This document shows positions 29,705 to 40,089 of a stretch of DNA of 64,000 nucleotides, in pieces (the stretch's first letter is position 1; every line of letters begins with the position of its first letter). Below the pieces are notes generated by a model. It saw only the letters and a program-made list of their open reading frames with translations. It was not told where the DNA came from and did not search any database. Source of the stretch: an uncultured Ferruginibacter sp. (GTDB lineage Bacteria > Bacteroidota > Bacteroidia > Chitinophagales > Chitinophagaceae); NCBI GenBank assembly GCA_964654325.1, contig CAZZJF010000001.1, positions 6,606-70,605 on the forward strand, written 5' to 3'. A program made the position numbers and the translations under genes.

Positions 29705-30933
29705 TGTACCTTCTATTCGCATGGCGCTATTTTCGGTCAAAAAAATCAACCCAGGCCATCAACATCATTGCCTGGGTGACCACCGGCGTCATCGTATTTG
29801 CCACCTGCTGCCAACTATTGGTGCTGAGTGTTTTCAACGGATTTGAAGACTTGGTCAAATCGCTTTACACGTCATTTTACACTGATCTCCGGGTCATTCC
29901 ATCCCACGGAAAAGTCATTCATATAGACTCCGTCGAATGGCGTCGCATCAATCAGATTCAGGGCATCGAATCCATGTCGGGCATTGTGGAGGAAAAAGCC
30001 TTGTTACGTAATGGTGAATTTCAGACCGTAATCCAACTGTTTGGCGTAGACGAAGCTTTTGCATCTGTTTCCGGATTGAATAAAAAAATAATCCACGGTC
30101 AGTACGCAATCGGTGAGCCACTCGAACCTAAACTCATTGTAGGTGCGGGCATCGAATACGCAGCCGGCATACAACTTGATGGCGGATATGGCCCCGATAA
30201 ACCGGCTATCATACTACCCAAACTTAAAATCACGAGTAATGCCCCGCTTGAGTCGATCAGTGAGGGCATTGTGGTGGCTGCCGGCACATTCAGTGTACAG
30301 CAGGAATTTGATGATAAATACGCCGTTACCCATGCGTCCTTTGTTCGGCGGCAAATGGGTATGACGGATAACCAATACAGCGCGATCTGTATCCGCCTGA
30401 AAAACGGGGTAGCTAGCCAGAACGTACAGGATATGATTAGTCAGCTATTGGGTGATAAAGCCATCGTGCAAACAAAATATGAGCAAAACAGTAGTTTGTA
30501 TAAAACAATGCAAACAGAAAAATGGGCGATTTATGCCATTCTAACCCTTATTTTAATTATTGCGGCTTTCAATATGGTGAGCGCCCTGTCGATGTTAATC
30601 CTGGAAAAAAAACAAGATATCGACATACTCCTGAGTATGGGTTCGGGACCATTTCGGATTCAACGAATCTTCACGAATACGGGACTTTTACTAGGAGGCA
30701 TTGGCACTGTTTTAGGCGTTCTGATTGCATTGTTACTATGTATCCTACAACAGCAGTATCATTTGGTTCCAATAACCGGAAATACGTTTTTGATAGACTA
30801 TTTCCCGGTGAAGATAATCTGGACCGACTTGCTGTTGGTGATTGGAAATACTGGCATTATTGTGTTGCTGGCATCCTGGCTTCCAGCTAGAAAAGCAACG
30901 GTTTCCGCTAAGCATCCGTTGAACGAAAGCTAG
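29704..30933 (+). CDS. LolC/E-FtsX family ABC permease
   Basis: LLVLSVFNGFE, IAAFNMVSAL...EKKQDI..L..MG, ASWLPARKA. Confidence 0.9.
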   Translation: MYLLFAWRYFRSKKSTQAINIIAWVTTGVIVFATCCQLLVLSVFNGFEDLVKSLYTSFYTDLRVIPSHGKVIHIDSVEWRRINQIQGIESMSGIVEEKALLRNGEFQTVIQLFGVDEAFASVSGLNKKIIHGQYAIGEPLEPKLIVGAGIEYAAGIQLDGGYGPDKPAIILPKLKITSNAPLESISEGIVVAAGTFSVQQEFDDKYAVTHASFVRRQMGMTDNQYSAICIRLKNGVASQNVQDMISQLLGDKAIVQTKYEQNSSLYKTMQTEKWAIYAILTLILIIAAFNMVSALSMLILEKKQDIDILLSMGSGPFRIQRIFTNTGLLLGGIGTVLGVLIALLLCILQQQYHLVPITGNTFLIDYFPVKIIWTDLLLVIGNTGIIVLLASWLPARKATVSAKHPLNES

Positions 30934-31769
30934 TAATCGCCTACTGTTTCAGGATTTTGAAGAAGCGCTTTTTCTAATTGTTCGTCGTTGGGTGGAACAC
31001 CATGCCACTCATGTGTGCCTTCCATGAAATCAACTCCTTTTCCCATGATTGTTTTCATAAGAATAACTACCGGTTTCTTTTGGCCGCATTTCGCTTTGGC
31101 CTCCGACAGACCAGTCAGTAGGGCTGTCCAATCGTGTCCATCCATATGTAATACCTCCCAACCGAAGGCCTGGAATTTTGCTTGCAAATCGCCCAGTGAG
31201 AGAACGGCATCGGTTGATCCGTCAATTTGTTGACCATTGCAGTCTATAGTAGCGATCCAGTTGTCGATTTTTTGATGAGCGGCGAATAAAATAGCCTCCC
31301 AGTTTTGACCTTCATCCAGTTCTCCGTCGCCATGGAGCGAGTAAACGAGTGTGTTGTCGTTATTCAGTTTTTTGGCGAGTGCGGCTCCGGCTGCGACACT
31401 CATTCCCTGGCCGAGCGATCCGCTTGACATGCGCACACCGGGCAATCCTTCATGGGTGGTGGGGTGGCCTTGTAGCCGACTGTTGATTTTTCGGAAAGTA
31501 GCCAATTCGGCAATCGGGAAATAGCCACTCCGTGCCAGCACGCTGTAAAATACAGGTGAGATATGGCCGTTTGAAAGAAAGAAAACATCCTCCCCGTTAC
31601 CATCCATGTCAAAAGCGGGGTTGTGCTGCATGACGTTGAAGTACAAAGCGGTTAGAAAGTCGGCGCATCCTAACGACCCCCCGGGATGACCACTTTGTAC
31701 GGCGTGGACCATGCGAACGATATCGCGGCGAACTTGGGTGGCCATGTCGGCCAATTGTTGATTATTCAT
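30930..31769 (-). CDS. Transketolase N-terminal (TPP-binding) subunit
   Basis: SGHPGGSL, LSNGH, GSLGQG, GDGELDEGQNWEA. Confidence 0.95.
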   Translation of the reverse strand: MNNQQLADMATQVRRDIVRMVHAVQSGHPGGSLGCADFLTALYFNVMQHNPAFDMDGNGEDVFFLSNGHISPVFYSVLARSGYFPIAELATFRKINSRLQGHPTTHEGLPGVRMSSGSLGQGMSVAAGAALAKKLNNDNTLVYSLHGDGELDEGQNWEAILFAAHQKIDNWIATIDCNGQQIDGSTDAVLSLGDLQAKFQAFGWEVLHMDGHDWTALLTGLSEAKAKCGQKKPVVILMKTIMGKGVDFMEGTHEWHGVPPNDEQLEKALLQNPETVGDY

Positions 31770-31785
31770 ATGTATGGCGGTGGCG

Positions 31786-31793
31786 CAAACCTA
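31786..31793 (-). promoter_or_regulatory. -7 promoter element for transketolase-N
   Basis: TAGGTTTG on the - strand. Confidence 0.5.
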
Positions 31794-31971
31794 CGGGAAT
31801 CCGATTGAAATTCAAATCCAAGTTTCCAACCTGTTTTTGGTGGCTAATTGGCATAAATCGGCTGAATTTTGGTATACTTGCAAGCCGAATCGTGCCGTTG
31901 CTGATCGCTGCGGCGATGACCGTCCCTGTATCGAACGAACGTAGATGCAGACCGGGGCAAAACAAGTGGCT

Positions 31972-33108
31972 ATGGACAATATCATTCTAAGTTCCGGACT
32001 CGCCTTCATCATCTGTTTTTTTTCTATCCCGGTTATCATCCAGGTAGCAAAAGATAAAAAACTATTTGACGAACCCGACGAACGAAAAGTACATAAAAAC
32101 GTTATTCCCACCCTTGGCGGATTAGGCATTTTTGCCGGATTTGCTATAGCATTATTGTTAGGATTTCCGCCCAGCGGCACGATCGAATTACCTTACTTCA
32201 TGGCCAGTTTTTTAGTTATTTTTTTTCTGGGGCTCAAGGATGATATTCTCATTTTGTCGGCTTCTAAAAAATTTATTGGTCAAATCATTGCGGCCATCAT
32301 TTTGGTTCATTTTGCCGAAATCCGAATCGACAACATGCATGGTTTTTTGGGTATACAGGAAATACCGGTATTGGCTTCCACCGTTTTAACGGTGTTCACC
32401 ATTGTTGTGATCATCAATTCCTATAATCTGATTGACGGAGTAGACGGATTGGCTGGTTCATTAGGCTCACTAACGTCCATTGGGTTTGGTATTTATTTTA
32501 CCCTCATTCATCAAATCGGTTACGCTGTAATGGCCTTTGCATTAGCTGCCAGCCTGATCAGCTTCCTGATTTATAATTTCTCACCCGCCAAAATATTCAT
32601 GGGTGATACCGGGTCGTTGTTGGTTGGCATCATTCAATCGATACTGGTGATCCAGTTTATCAAATTGTGTGATTCGTCAAGTGTCCCTTTTCGGATCAAC
32701 GGTGGCCCTGCCATTGGTTTTGCAGCTCTAAGCATACCACTGTTTGACACCCTCCGGGTATTCAGTCAACGCATTGTCAATCGTCGTTCTCCATTCAGTC
32801 CAGACCGAAATCATATACATCACTACCTACTGGATGCAGGGTGCAGTCATTCGCGGATCACGATAACCCTGATTGGCATCAATCTGCTTACTCTTGGTGT
32901 TGCCATCTTACTTCGTGATCTTGGGACTAACTACCTTATAGCTACAATTTTGGGTATCGGGACTGTTTACACCACATTGATTTATCGCTTCAGGCAACAG
33001 ACCATGCTCCGTAACAAAGCAACGAAATCTTCATCGAAAAACGAAAGTGAGATACTTGCTCCTGGTCGCCTGTTTCATTTGCATCCCGAAACCGCCGATG
33101 TCGACTGA
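31972..33108 (+). CDS. Glycosyltransferase family 4 (WecA/TagO-like polyprenyl-phosphate HexNAc-1-P transferase)
   Basis: RKVHKNVIPTLGG, GLKDD, NSYNLIDGVDGL, IFMGDTGS, DRNHIHH. Confidence 0.9.
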   Translation: MDNIILSSGLAFIICFFSIPVIIQVAKDKKLFDEPDERKVHKNVIPTLGGLGIFAGFAIALLLGFPPSGTIELPYFMASFLVIFFLGLKDDILILSASKKFIGQIIAAIILVHFAEIRIDNMHGFLGIQEIPVLASTVLTVFTIVVIINSYNLIDGVDGLAGSLGSLTSIGFGIYFTLIHQIGYAVMAFALAASLISFLIYNFSPAKIFMGDTGSLLVGIIQSILVIQFIKLCDSSSVPFRINGGPAIGFAALSIPLFDTLRVFSQRIVNRRSPFSPDRNHIHHYLLDAGCSHSRITITLIGINLLTLGVAILLRDLGTNYLIATILGIGTVYTTLIYRFRQQTMLRNKATKSSSKNESEILAPGRLFHLHPETADVD

Positions 33109-33151
33109 GGCTTCCCGATTGGATGACGGTTTTGAATGACTAAACATTTAT

Positions 33152-33159
33152 TATTTTTG
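33152..33159 (+). promoter_or_regulatory. -7 promoter element for frr
   Basis: TATTTTTG 19 nt before the ATG. Confidence 0.5.
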
Positions 33160-33178
33160 CCTGAAAATTATAGCTACT

Positions 33179-33739
33179 ATGCCGAGTGCCGACGAGATTA
33201 TACAAGATGCCAGTGCGCACATGAATCGTTCCATTGCCCACCTCGAAGCCGAGCTGTCGAAGATTCGTGCCGGCAAGGCCAACCCGGCTATGCTGGACGG
33301 TATTATGGTTGACTATTACGGAAACCCAACTCCTATCAACCAAGTGGCCAACATATCGGTGCTGGATGCACGCACTATTTCCCTTCAACCCTGGGAGAAA
33401 TCCATGTTACAGGCGATTGAGCGAAGCATCATGGCTGCCAATATTGGTATAACCCCGCAAAATGACGGAAGCAACATCCGATTGTTTCTGCCACCCCTTA
33501 CGGAAGAGCGTCGCAAAGAGCTTGTGAAACGCTGCAACGGGGAAGGTGAACAAGCGAAAGTATCTATCCGCAATATCCGCCGAGACGCGATCGAACAGAT
33601 AAAAAAACAGCAGAAAGAAGGATTGAGTGAAGATGCGGGCAAGGATGCGGAAAAAGAAATACAGGATGCGACCGATCGATACATCGCCCTGGTGGATAAG
33701 CACCTCTCGGCCAAGGAAAAAGAAATCATGGCTGTTTAG
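33179..33739 (+). CDS. frr: Ribosome recycling factor
   Basis: IRAGKANP, VDYYG, PPLTEERRKELVK, IRNIRRD. Confidence 0.98.
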   Translation: MPSADEIIQDASAHMNRSIAHLEAELSKIRAGKANPAMLDGIMVDYYGNPTPINQVANISVLDARTISLQPWEKSMLQAIERSIMAANIGITPQNDGSNIRLFLPPLTEERRKELVKRCNGEGEQAKVSIRNIRRDAIEQIKKQQKEGLSEDAGKDAEKEIQDATDRYIALVDKHLSAKEKEIMAV

Positions 33740-34338
33740 TTTCTGATGATAACAATCGTCAGCATCAACATTGATTTGGTATACCCAACCGTCTTAATTC
33801 ATTGATTCCATTTTAGAGAACCCTCCGAGCTACCGTGATCGCATTCAATCCGTTTGAGCAACTGATGGCTAAAAACTAATTTCTTTAACTCCTGCCACTG
33901 GTTTATGGTTGTGATGTTTCTATTAAAAAGAGACATCACTTTGACCGGTTATTTTTTCTACTCTCATTTGTTTGCTGAATGAATAATACGTTGCAACTTA
34001 ACAACCGTGAGACTTAGGGCTGAATATCGATGTTATTCTTCTTAAGTTATTGGGACGTGTTAGATAGAAGGGCGATTGGTTGCAGACAGCCCAGCCCCCT
34101 GTATCCGCTGTTCAATCAACATACATCAAGCCTGATTGGTTTTCGATTGATACCGATTTTGTCAAAAAGGATTTTGGGCATGCGTTGAAAATCTGTTTTA
34201 AGACAATATGATGTTGTGTTGATAAGGATTTGATGACTATGCTTGAACTTAATATGAATATACCGAGAGGAAATTCTGTTGGGATGGGTGGACATTTCGG
34301 GTGATGGGGTGAGGAAAAAAACGAAATCAACCCGAGGG

Positions 34339-34370
34339 ACCGTTTAAATGGTTTAAACGGTTTAAATGGT
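34339..34370. repeat. Three TTTAAA palindromes at 9-bp period (CCGTTTAAA-TGG-TTTAAACGG inverted repeat)
   Basis: ACCGTTTAAATGGTTTAAACGGTTTAAATGGT read directly from the sequence. Confidence 0.75.
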
Positions 34371-34391
34371 GGTTAGCTTTTATATTGTATG

Positions 34392-34399
34392 TAAGTTTG
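34392..34399 (+). promoter_or_regulatory. -7 promoter element for the GNAT-like gene
   Basis: TAAGTTTG, exact match. Confidence 0.5.
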
Positions 34400-34445
34400 T
34401 ATCATTTTGAATTAGAACAAGCACCCCAAACGATTAACTGAACGC

Positions 34446-35609
34446 ATGAACTTGGTTCCCATTACCCATTCCAACGAACGACTGTTCCTGGACGTTGCGT
34501 TAGCCATCTATCAAAACCATCCAAACTGGATCCGACCACTGGATAAAGACATTCTCGACGTATTCAACCCGGCCAAGAATAAAGCCTTTCGTTTTGGCAA
34601 GGCCGAACGCTGGGTGCTGCAAAATGAACAGAACAAACCCATCGGACGGATCGCCGCTTTTGTCAATGAACGCTATAAATCCAAAGGCGACCGCTGTGCC
34701 GTTGGTGGCATCGGTTTTTTTGAATGCATCAACGACCAGCCCGCCGCCAACCTGTTGTTCGATACCGCCAACCAATGGCTTACCGAACAAGGCGTGGGCG
34801 CCGTTGACGCTCCGATCAATTTCGGAGAACGTGATAAATGGTGGGGACTGCTCGTGGAAGGATTTCAAGAGCCTACCTATGGCATGAATTACCACCTGCC
34901 CTATTACCAATCGCTGTTTGAGTCCTACGGCTTCCGGCCGTTTTTTGACCAATTCTGTTTTGGCCTACGACCTAAAGAACCGCTCTCGCCCAAAATATGG
35001 GAACGTCACGCCCTGATCGCCAAAGACCCGGCTTTCTCAGCGCGACATGCCCAAAAAAATCAACTCGACGCATACGCCATCGATTTCACCACCATCTACA
35101 ACAAAGCCTGGGCAGGCCATGGCGGACTCAAATCGATCTCCAATGAACAAACCAAAAGCATGTTTCAGAAAATGAAACCGGTGATGGATGAACGACTGCT
35201 TTGGTTCGTCTATCACAACAACGAACCCATCGCGTTTTTCATCAACCTGCCCGATCTCAACCAATGGTTCAAATACCTCAACGGCCGGTTCGGCTTGCTG
35301 GACAAGCTTCGATTTCTTTGGATCAAAAAAACAAAACCCAATAAAAAATTTGTGGGACTTGTATTTGGAGTGGTACCGGCTTTTCAAGGCACCGGCGTGG
35401 ATGCCTACCTGATCGGCGAATCAGCCAAGATGATTCAATCTGATGCCCTCCCTTACACCGAATTCGAATTGCAATGGATCGGTGACTTCAATCCGAAAAT
35501 GATCAGTATCGCCAAAAACCTCGGTGACAGCTTCGTATCTCGCAAGCTGATAACCTATCGCCTGATGCTAAACCCCGATATTCCGTTCGAACGCCATCCG
35601 ATTTTGTGA
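34446..35609 (+). CDS. Conserved GNAT-fold protein (YghO-like)
   Basis: GRIAAF, GGIGFFEC, GLLVEGF, MNYHLPYY, FGVVPAFQGTG, WIGDFNPKM. Confidence 0.78.
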   Translation: MNLVPITHSNERLFLDVALAIYQNHPNWIRPLDKDILDVFNPAKNKAFRFGKAERWVLQNEQNKPIGRIAAFVNERYKSKGDRCAVGGIGFFECINDQPAANLLFDTANQWLTEQGVGAVDAPINFGERDKWWGLLVEGFQEPTYGMNYHLPYYQSLFESYGFRPFFDQFCFGLRPKEPLSPKIWERHALIAKDPAFSARHAQKNQLDAYAIDFTTIYNKAWAGHGGLKSISNEQTKSMFQKMKPVMDERLLWFVYHNNEPIAFFINLPDLNQWFKYLNGRFGLLDKLRFLWIKKTKPNKKFVGLVFGVVPAFQGTGVDAYLIGESAKMIQSDALPYTEFELQWIGDFNPKMISIAKNLGDSFVSRKLITYRLMLNPDIPFERHPIL

Positions 35610-35628
35610 TCGTGTGCGCGGTTTCCTG

Positions 35629-35636
35629 TAAATTTG
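35629..35636 (+). promoter_or_regulatory. -7 promoter element for dnaX
   Basis: TAAATTTG, exact match. Confidence 0.5.
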
Positions 35637-35664
35637 ATGCCTGCCTGCCAAAAGGCCCTGAATC

Positions 35665-37443
35665 ATGGATGCATTTGTCGTTTCGGCCCGTAAATACAGA
35701 CCCCAGCACTTTAACACGGTTGTCGGACAGGCCCATATTACAACCACATTAAAGAATGCCATCGCGCAGCAACAACTGGCACATGCCTTTTTGTTTTGCG
35801 GTCCTCGGGGTGTAGGCAAAACCACTTGCGCCCGTATCCTGGCCAAAACCATCAACTGCGAAAAACGCTCGGCCGACGGCGAAGCCTGTGACCGTTGCAA
35901 TAGTTGCACATCTTTTAATCAAGGGACATCATTCAATATCCATGAATTGGATGCCGCCAGTAACAACTCGGTAGAAGGTATCCGCGACCTGATCGATCAG
36001 ATCCGTTTTGCTCCACAGGCTGGAAAATACAAGGTGTATATCGTGGATGAAGTTCACATGCTCTCCCAACAGGCTTTTAATGCGTTTCTGAAAACCCTGG
36101 AAGAGCCGCCACCCTACGCGATTTTCATTCTGGCCACGACTGAAAAACACAAGATCCTGCCAACCATCCTGAGCCGTTGTCAGATTTTTGATTTCAAACG
36201 TATCACCACGAAAGACACCGTAGCGCATTTGCAGGAAATCGCCGACAAGGAAAAGATTACAGCCGAAAAAGCGGCCCTGCACCTGATTGCCCAGAAGAGT
36301 GAAGGATGTATGCGGGATTCACTCAGCATGCTCGATAAGATCGTCAGTTTCACCGAAGGCAATCTGACCTATGCCAACACCCTCGAACACCTGAATATTC
36401 TTGATGAAGATATTTTCTTCCGCATCCTGGAGCAATTACAGGGAGAAGCACTGACAGATGTGTTACTGGAATACGACCAGATTGACCAGAAAGGATTTGA
36501 CGGCGATATTTTTTTAGAGGGCTTCTCCGGTTTCATGCGGAATGTGTTGTTGTCGAAAGATCCTAAAGCCATATCCCTGCTGGATGTATCGGATGATTTC
36601 GAAGCGCGATACAATAAAGCGGCCAACAACACCGAAACATCCTGGCTACTCTCAGCATTGAATATCATCAACGAAACAGCCATTCAATACCGAACTGCCC
36701 GCAATAAAAAATTACTCATCGAACTGGCGCTGATCAAACTCACCTATTTGAAACAAGCCCTCCACCTCACAACGGAATCCGGCAGTGACGTAAAAAAAAA
36801 ACCGATAAGTCAGCCTAAGCCGGTTTCTTTTCGAGCCATAAACAGCATCATTCCGGCTCGTTCTCAAAAGCCCATCATACCTCCGACGTTAACAACCAAT
36901 GCCGGAGCCCGATTGATCATCGAACAACCGCATCCGTCAACGGCAACAGAAAAAATACCCGACCCTAAAAAGCCCACGCCAACCAGTATACCCACACCGA
37001 AACTCGGCTCGTTGCAAAAAATTCGCAGCCAAGTGGCGGGCAATCAAAAAAGCGCAGAAACCGCCATCCCATTGACACGCGAAAAACTGCAGGAAACCTG
37101 GGATGCGTTTGCACGTATGCTGGATGAAAAACAAAACCACTCGGCCGCCAGTAATTTTCGAATGGCTACACTGGACATCCAAGATGAAACGCATTTTTTA
37201 ATCATCACCGACAACGCACTGCAATCAAAATTCATCGAAGCCGAACGTGCTTCGTTGGCACCGATGCTTCAATCCGTCTTCAAAAATCCAAAAATCCAAT
37301 ATCAGCTTACGATCCGAGAAATAGCAGTGGATCCTAACCAACCGAAGCCACTCAACACAAAAGAACATTTCCAGCAATTAGCCACGCGCTACCCCATGAT
37401 CCGCGAGTTAAAAGAGCGATTGAAACTGGAGGTCGGATATTAA
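35665..37443 (+). CDS. dnaX: DNA polymerase III subunit gamma/tau
   Basis: ARKYRP, GPRGVGKTT, ELDAASN, IVDEVHML, LKTLEEPP, SRCQ. Confidence 0.97.
   Translation: MDAFVVSARKYRPQHFNTVVGQAHITTTLKNAIAQQQLAHAFLFCGPRGVGKTTCARILAKTINCEKRSADGEACDRCNSCTSFNQGTSFNIHELDAASNNSVEGIRDLIDQIRFAPQAGKYKVYIVDEVHMLSQQAFNAFLKTLEEPPPYAIFILATTEKHKILPTILSRCQIFDFKRITTKDTVAHLQEIADKEKITAEKAALHLIAQKSEGCMRDSLSMLDKIVSFTEGNLTYANTLEHLNILDEDIFFRILEQLQGEALTDVLLEYDQIDQKGFDGDIFLEGFSGFMRNVLLSKDPKAISLLDVSDDFEARYNKAANNTETSWLLSALNIINETAIQYRTARNKKLLIELALIKLTYLKQALHLTTESGSDVKKKPISQPKPVSFRAINSIIPARSQKPIIPPTLTTNAGARLIIEQPHPSTATEKIPDPKKPTPTSIPTPKLGSLQKIRSQVAGNQKSAETAIPLTREKLQETWDAFARMLDEKQNHSAASNFRMATLDIQDETHFLIITDNALQSKFIEAERASLAPMLQSVFKNPKIQYQLTIREIAVDPNQPKPLNTKEHFQQLATRYPMIRELKERLKLEVGY
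36792..36801 (+). other. A10 slippery tract in dnaX
   Basis: GT-AAAAAAAAAA-CCGATAAGTCAGCCTAA; stops at 36806-36808 (+1 frame) and 36816-36818 (-1 frame). Confidence 0.7.
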
Positions 37444-37541
37444 ACAAAATTCAACAGGTTGGGCGCTTCCTTGCTTTTCAGGCAATCAGTCATCGGTTTT
37501 TTATGCTTTTTGCAGTAATTTCGGGGCTCAAAATGTAAAAC

Positions 37542-38789
37542 ATGGCAGAGGTAATCAGAATGCCCCGCTTGAGCGATACAATGGCGGAAGGTGTGATCGT
37601 AGCATGGAATAAAAAAGTTGGCGACTCGATAAAACCCGGTGATGTGCTGGCCGAGGTGGAAACAGATAAAGCCACTATGGATCTGGAAAGTTATAACGAA
37701 GGCGTTATCCTATATATTGGCGTAGAAGCCGGTAAAGCGGCTAAAGTTGATGGCATCCTGGCTATTGTTGGAAAAGCAGGCGAAGCCTATGAAGCACTTC
37801 TCGACACAGCAGAAAGTACGCCTGCTGCTGAACCAAAAGCAACACCTACACCTTCTGAATCAGTACCCACAGCAACCACAACACAAGCCCCGACACCAGT
37901 AATGACCGCTCCGGCAGTCACATCTGGCGATGACCGCGTAAAAGCCTCGCCACTGGCAAAGAAAATCGCTGCCGATAAAGGCATCGACCTGCGTCAGGTA
38001 TCTGGTTCCGGTGACGGCGGACGAATTACCAAAAAAGATATTGACCAATACACGCCCACTGCGGCTGACACCAGTGCATCAGTTCCTGTTTTCCTGCCTG
38101 TTGGACAAGAAGGACACACCGATATACCACTCACTCAAATGCGCAAAACCATCGCTCGCCGTTTGAGCGAAAGCATGTTTGGAGCGCCCCATTTCTATCT
38201 GAAGATGGAAATCAACATGGACAACGCCATGACCGCCCGTACCGCCATCAACGCGGTCAGTCCGGTTAAAGTGTCGTTCAACGATATGATCATCAAAGCC
38301 TGTGCCCATGCGCTGCGCAAACATCCTGATGTGAACAGCAGTTGGATGAATGATTTCATTCGTCAGAATCACCATATTCACATCGGTTCTGCCGTGGCTA
38401 TGCCCGACGGACTCATCGTGCCTGTCATTCGTTTTGCCGATCAAAAATCACTGGCACAAATCGCATCGGAAGCGAAATCGCTTTATACCAAAGCCAAAGA
38501 GAAAAAATTGCAACCCGCTGAATTTAGTGGCAACACCTTTACCATTTCGAATCTGGGCATGATGGACATCGAAGATTTTACCGCCATCATCAACCCACCT
38601 GACAGCTGTATCCTGGCCGTTGGCCGAATCAAAGAAGTCGTTGTTAAAAAAGACGATGGCTTTGGCGTTACCAATGTAATGAAAGTGACCCTGAGTTGCG
38701 ACCACCGCAGTGTGGACGGAGCCGTCGGCGCCGCCTTCCTACAAACATTAAAAGGCTTTATCGAGAATCCGGTGACGATGCTCGTCTGA
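37542..38789 (+). CDS. pdhC: Pyruvate dehydrogenase E2 (dihydrolipoamide acetyltransferase), one lipoyl domain
   Basis: EVETDKAT lipoyl-Lys, ASPLAKK E3-binding domain, DHRSVDGA. Confidence 0.93.
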   Translation: MAEVIRMPRLSDTMAEGVIVAWNKKVGDSIKPGDVLAEVETDKATMDLESYNEGVILYIGVEAGKAAKVDGILAIVGKAGEAYEALLDTAESTPAAEPKATPTPSESVPTATTTQAPTPVMTAPAVTSGDDRVKASPLAKKIAADKGIDLRQVSGSGDGGRITKKDIDQYTPTAADTSASVPVFLPVGQEGHTDIPLTQMRKTIARRLSESMFGAPHFYLKMEINMDNAMTARTAINAVSPVKVSFNDMIIKACAHALRKHPDVNSSWMNDFIRQNHHIHIGSAVAMPDGLIVPVIRFADQKSLAQIASEAKSLYTKAKEKKLQPAEFSGNTFTISNLGMMDIEDFTAIINPPDSCILAVGRIKEVVVKKDDGFGVTNVMKVTLSCDHRSVDGAVGAAFLQTLKGFIENPVTMLV

Positions 38790-38822
38790 TGATTCCGCTA
38801 TCTGTCAGCAAACCCAAGAAAT

Positions 38823-40058
38823 ATGCCGCATCCCGGGAAACTGTCGATTTCCGATTATACATACGACCTGCCCGAAGAACGAATTGCGCTCCATCCATTG
38901 GCAGAACGCGATAGCTCCAAACTCCTGGTGTACAAGAATCAAACGATTCAGGAGACTGTTTTTCGCGAGCTTTCCGTACATCTTCCTGAAAAAGCGATGC
39001 TTGTTTTCAATGAAAGCAGAGTCATTCGTGCCCGTATCCTTTTTCAAAAATCAAGCGGTTCGTTCATTGAATTGTTTTGTCTGGAGCCGGGCGGCTCTTT
39101 TTCTGATTTTGCTGTTGCTTTGAACGAAAAAGGTAGCAGTATCTGGTACTGTATGGTAGGCGGACTCTCAAAATGGAAAGATCCGGAACTCGTCAGCATC
39201 ATTCAAACAACCAACCGATCGATTCAGTTAACCGCCGTGATTGAACAGCGATTGCCTGACTGTCACCTGATTCGGTTTACCTGGGATGACCCGGATGTTT
39301 GTATGGGAGAAATCTTGGAATGGGCCGGCGACATGCCCTTGCCTCCCTACATCAAACGATCTACAACAGAGAGCGATGCAGACCGCTACCAAACCATCTA
39401 CGCAAAAAGCGACGGATCCGTGGCGGCACCCACCGCGGGACTTCATTTCACAGAACGCGTTTTTGACGCATTGACTAAAAAAGAAATTCAGCGCAGTGCT
39501 GTCGTACTGCATGTTGGAGCCGGTACTTTTCGACCGGTTAAGTCAAAAACCATGCATGATCATACCATGCATGCCGAATGGATAGATGTTTCCATCAACA
39601 CGATACGTCAATGGAAAACACATGAAGGAAAACTTATTGCCACCGGAACGACGTCGTTACGCACGATGGAAACGATATACTGGCTTGGGGTTCGATGTGC
39701 CGTTGAATCAGATACGAAAGACTTTACCATCCATCAATGGGATGTATACGAAGCGCCACTTATTGAGTCAAATCTGTCTCGCCGGGAAGCACTTGAAGCC
39801 CTGGAACATCGAATGACCGACTTGAACATGGATCGGATTTTCATGCAAACAAGCCTATTGATCATGCCCGGCTACCGGTTCCGGATGACGGATATCTTGA
39901 TCACCAATTTTCATCAGCCTCAGTCTACGTTACTCCTGCTGGTAGCGGCGGCCATCGGCGACCATTGGCGTAATGTGTATGATTATGCCTTAAACCATGA
40001 TTTCCGTTTTTTGAGCTATGGAGATGCCAGTTTGCTGTACCTCCACAACATTCTTTAA
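38823..40058 (+). CDS. queA: SAM:tRNA ribosyltransferase-isomerase
   Basis: MPLPPYI, YQTIYA, VAAPTAGLHF, LHVGAGTF, GTTSLR, TNFHQP, FLSYGD. Confidence 0.96.
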   Translation: MPHPGKLSISDYTYDLPEERIALHPLAERDSSKLLVYKNQTIQETVFRELSVHLPEKAMLVFNESRVIRARILFQKSSGSFIELFCLEPGGSFSDFAVALNEKGSSIWYCMVGGLSKWKDPELVSIIQTTNRSIQLTAVIEQRLPDCHLIRFTWDDPDVCMGEILEWAGDMPLPPYIKRSTTESDADRYQTIYAKSDGSVAAPTAGLHFTERVFDALTKKEIQRSAVVLHVGAGTFRPVKSKTMHDHTMHAEWIDVSINTIRQWKTHEGKLIATGTTSLRTMETIYWLGVRCAVESDTKDFTIHQWDVYEAPLIESNLSRREALEALEHRMTDLNMDRIFMQTSLLIMPGYRFRMTDILITNFHQPQSTLLLLVAAAIGDHWRNVYDYALNHDFRFLSYGDASLLYLHNIL

Positions 40059-40089
40059 CTTTCTTTTTCTATCTTAGTGAAATAAGGGT

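Noticed and set aside
34112-34330. 72-aa - strand ORF
   Set aside because: No recognisable motif, start context or signal; left as non-coding
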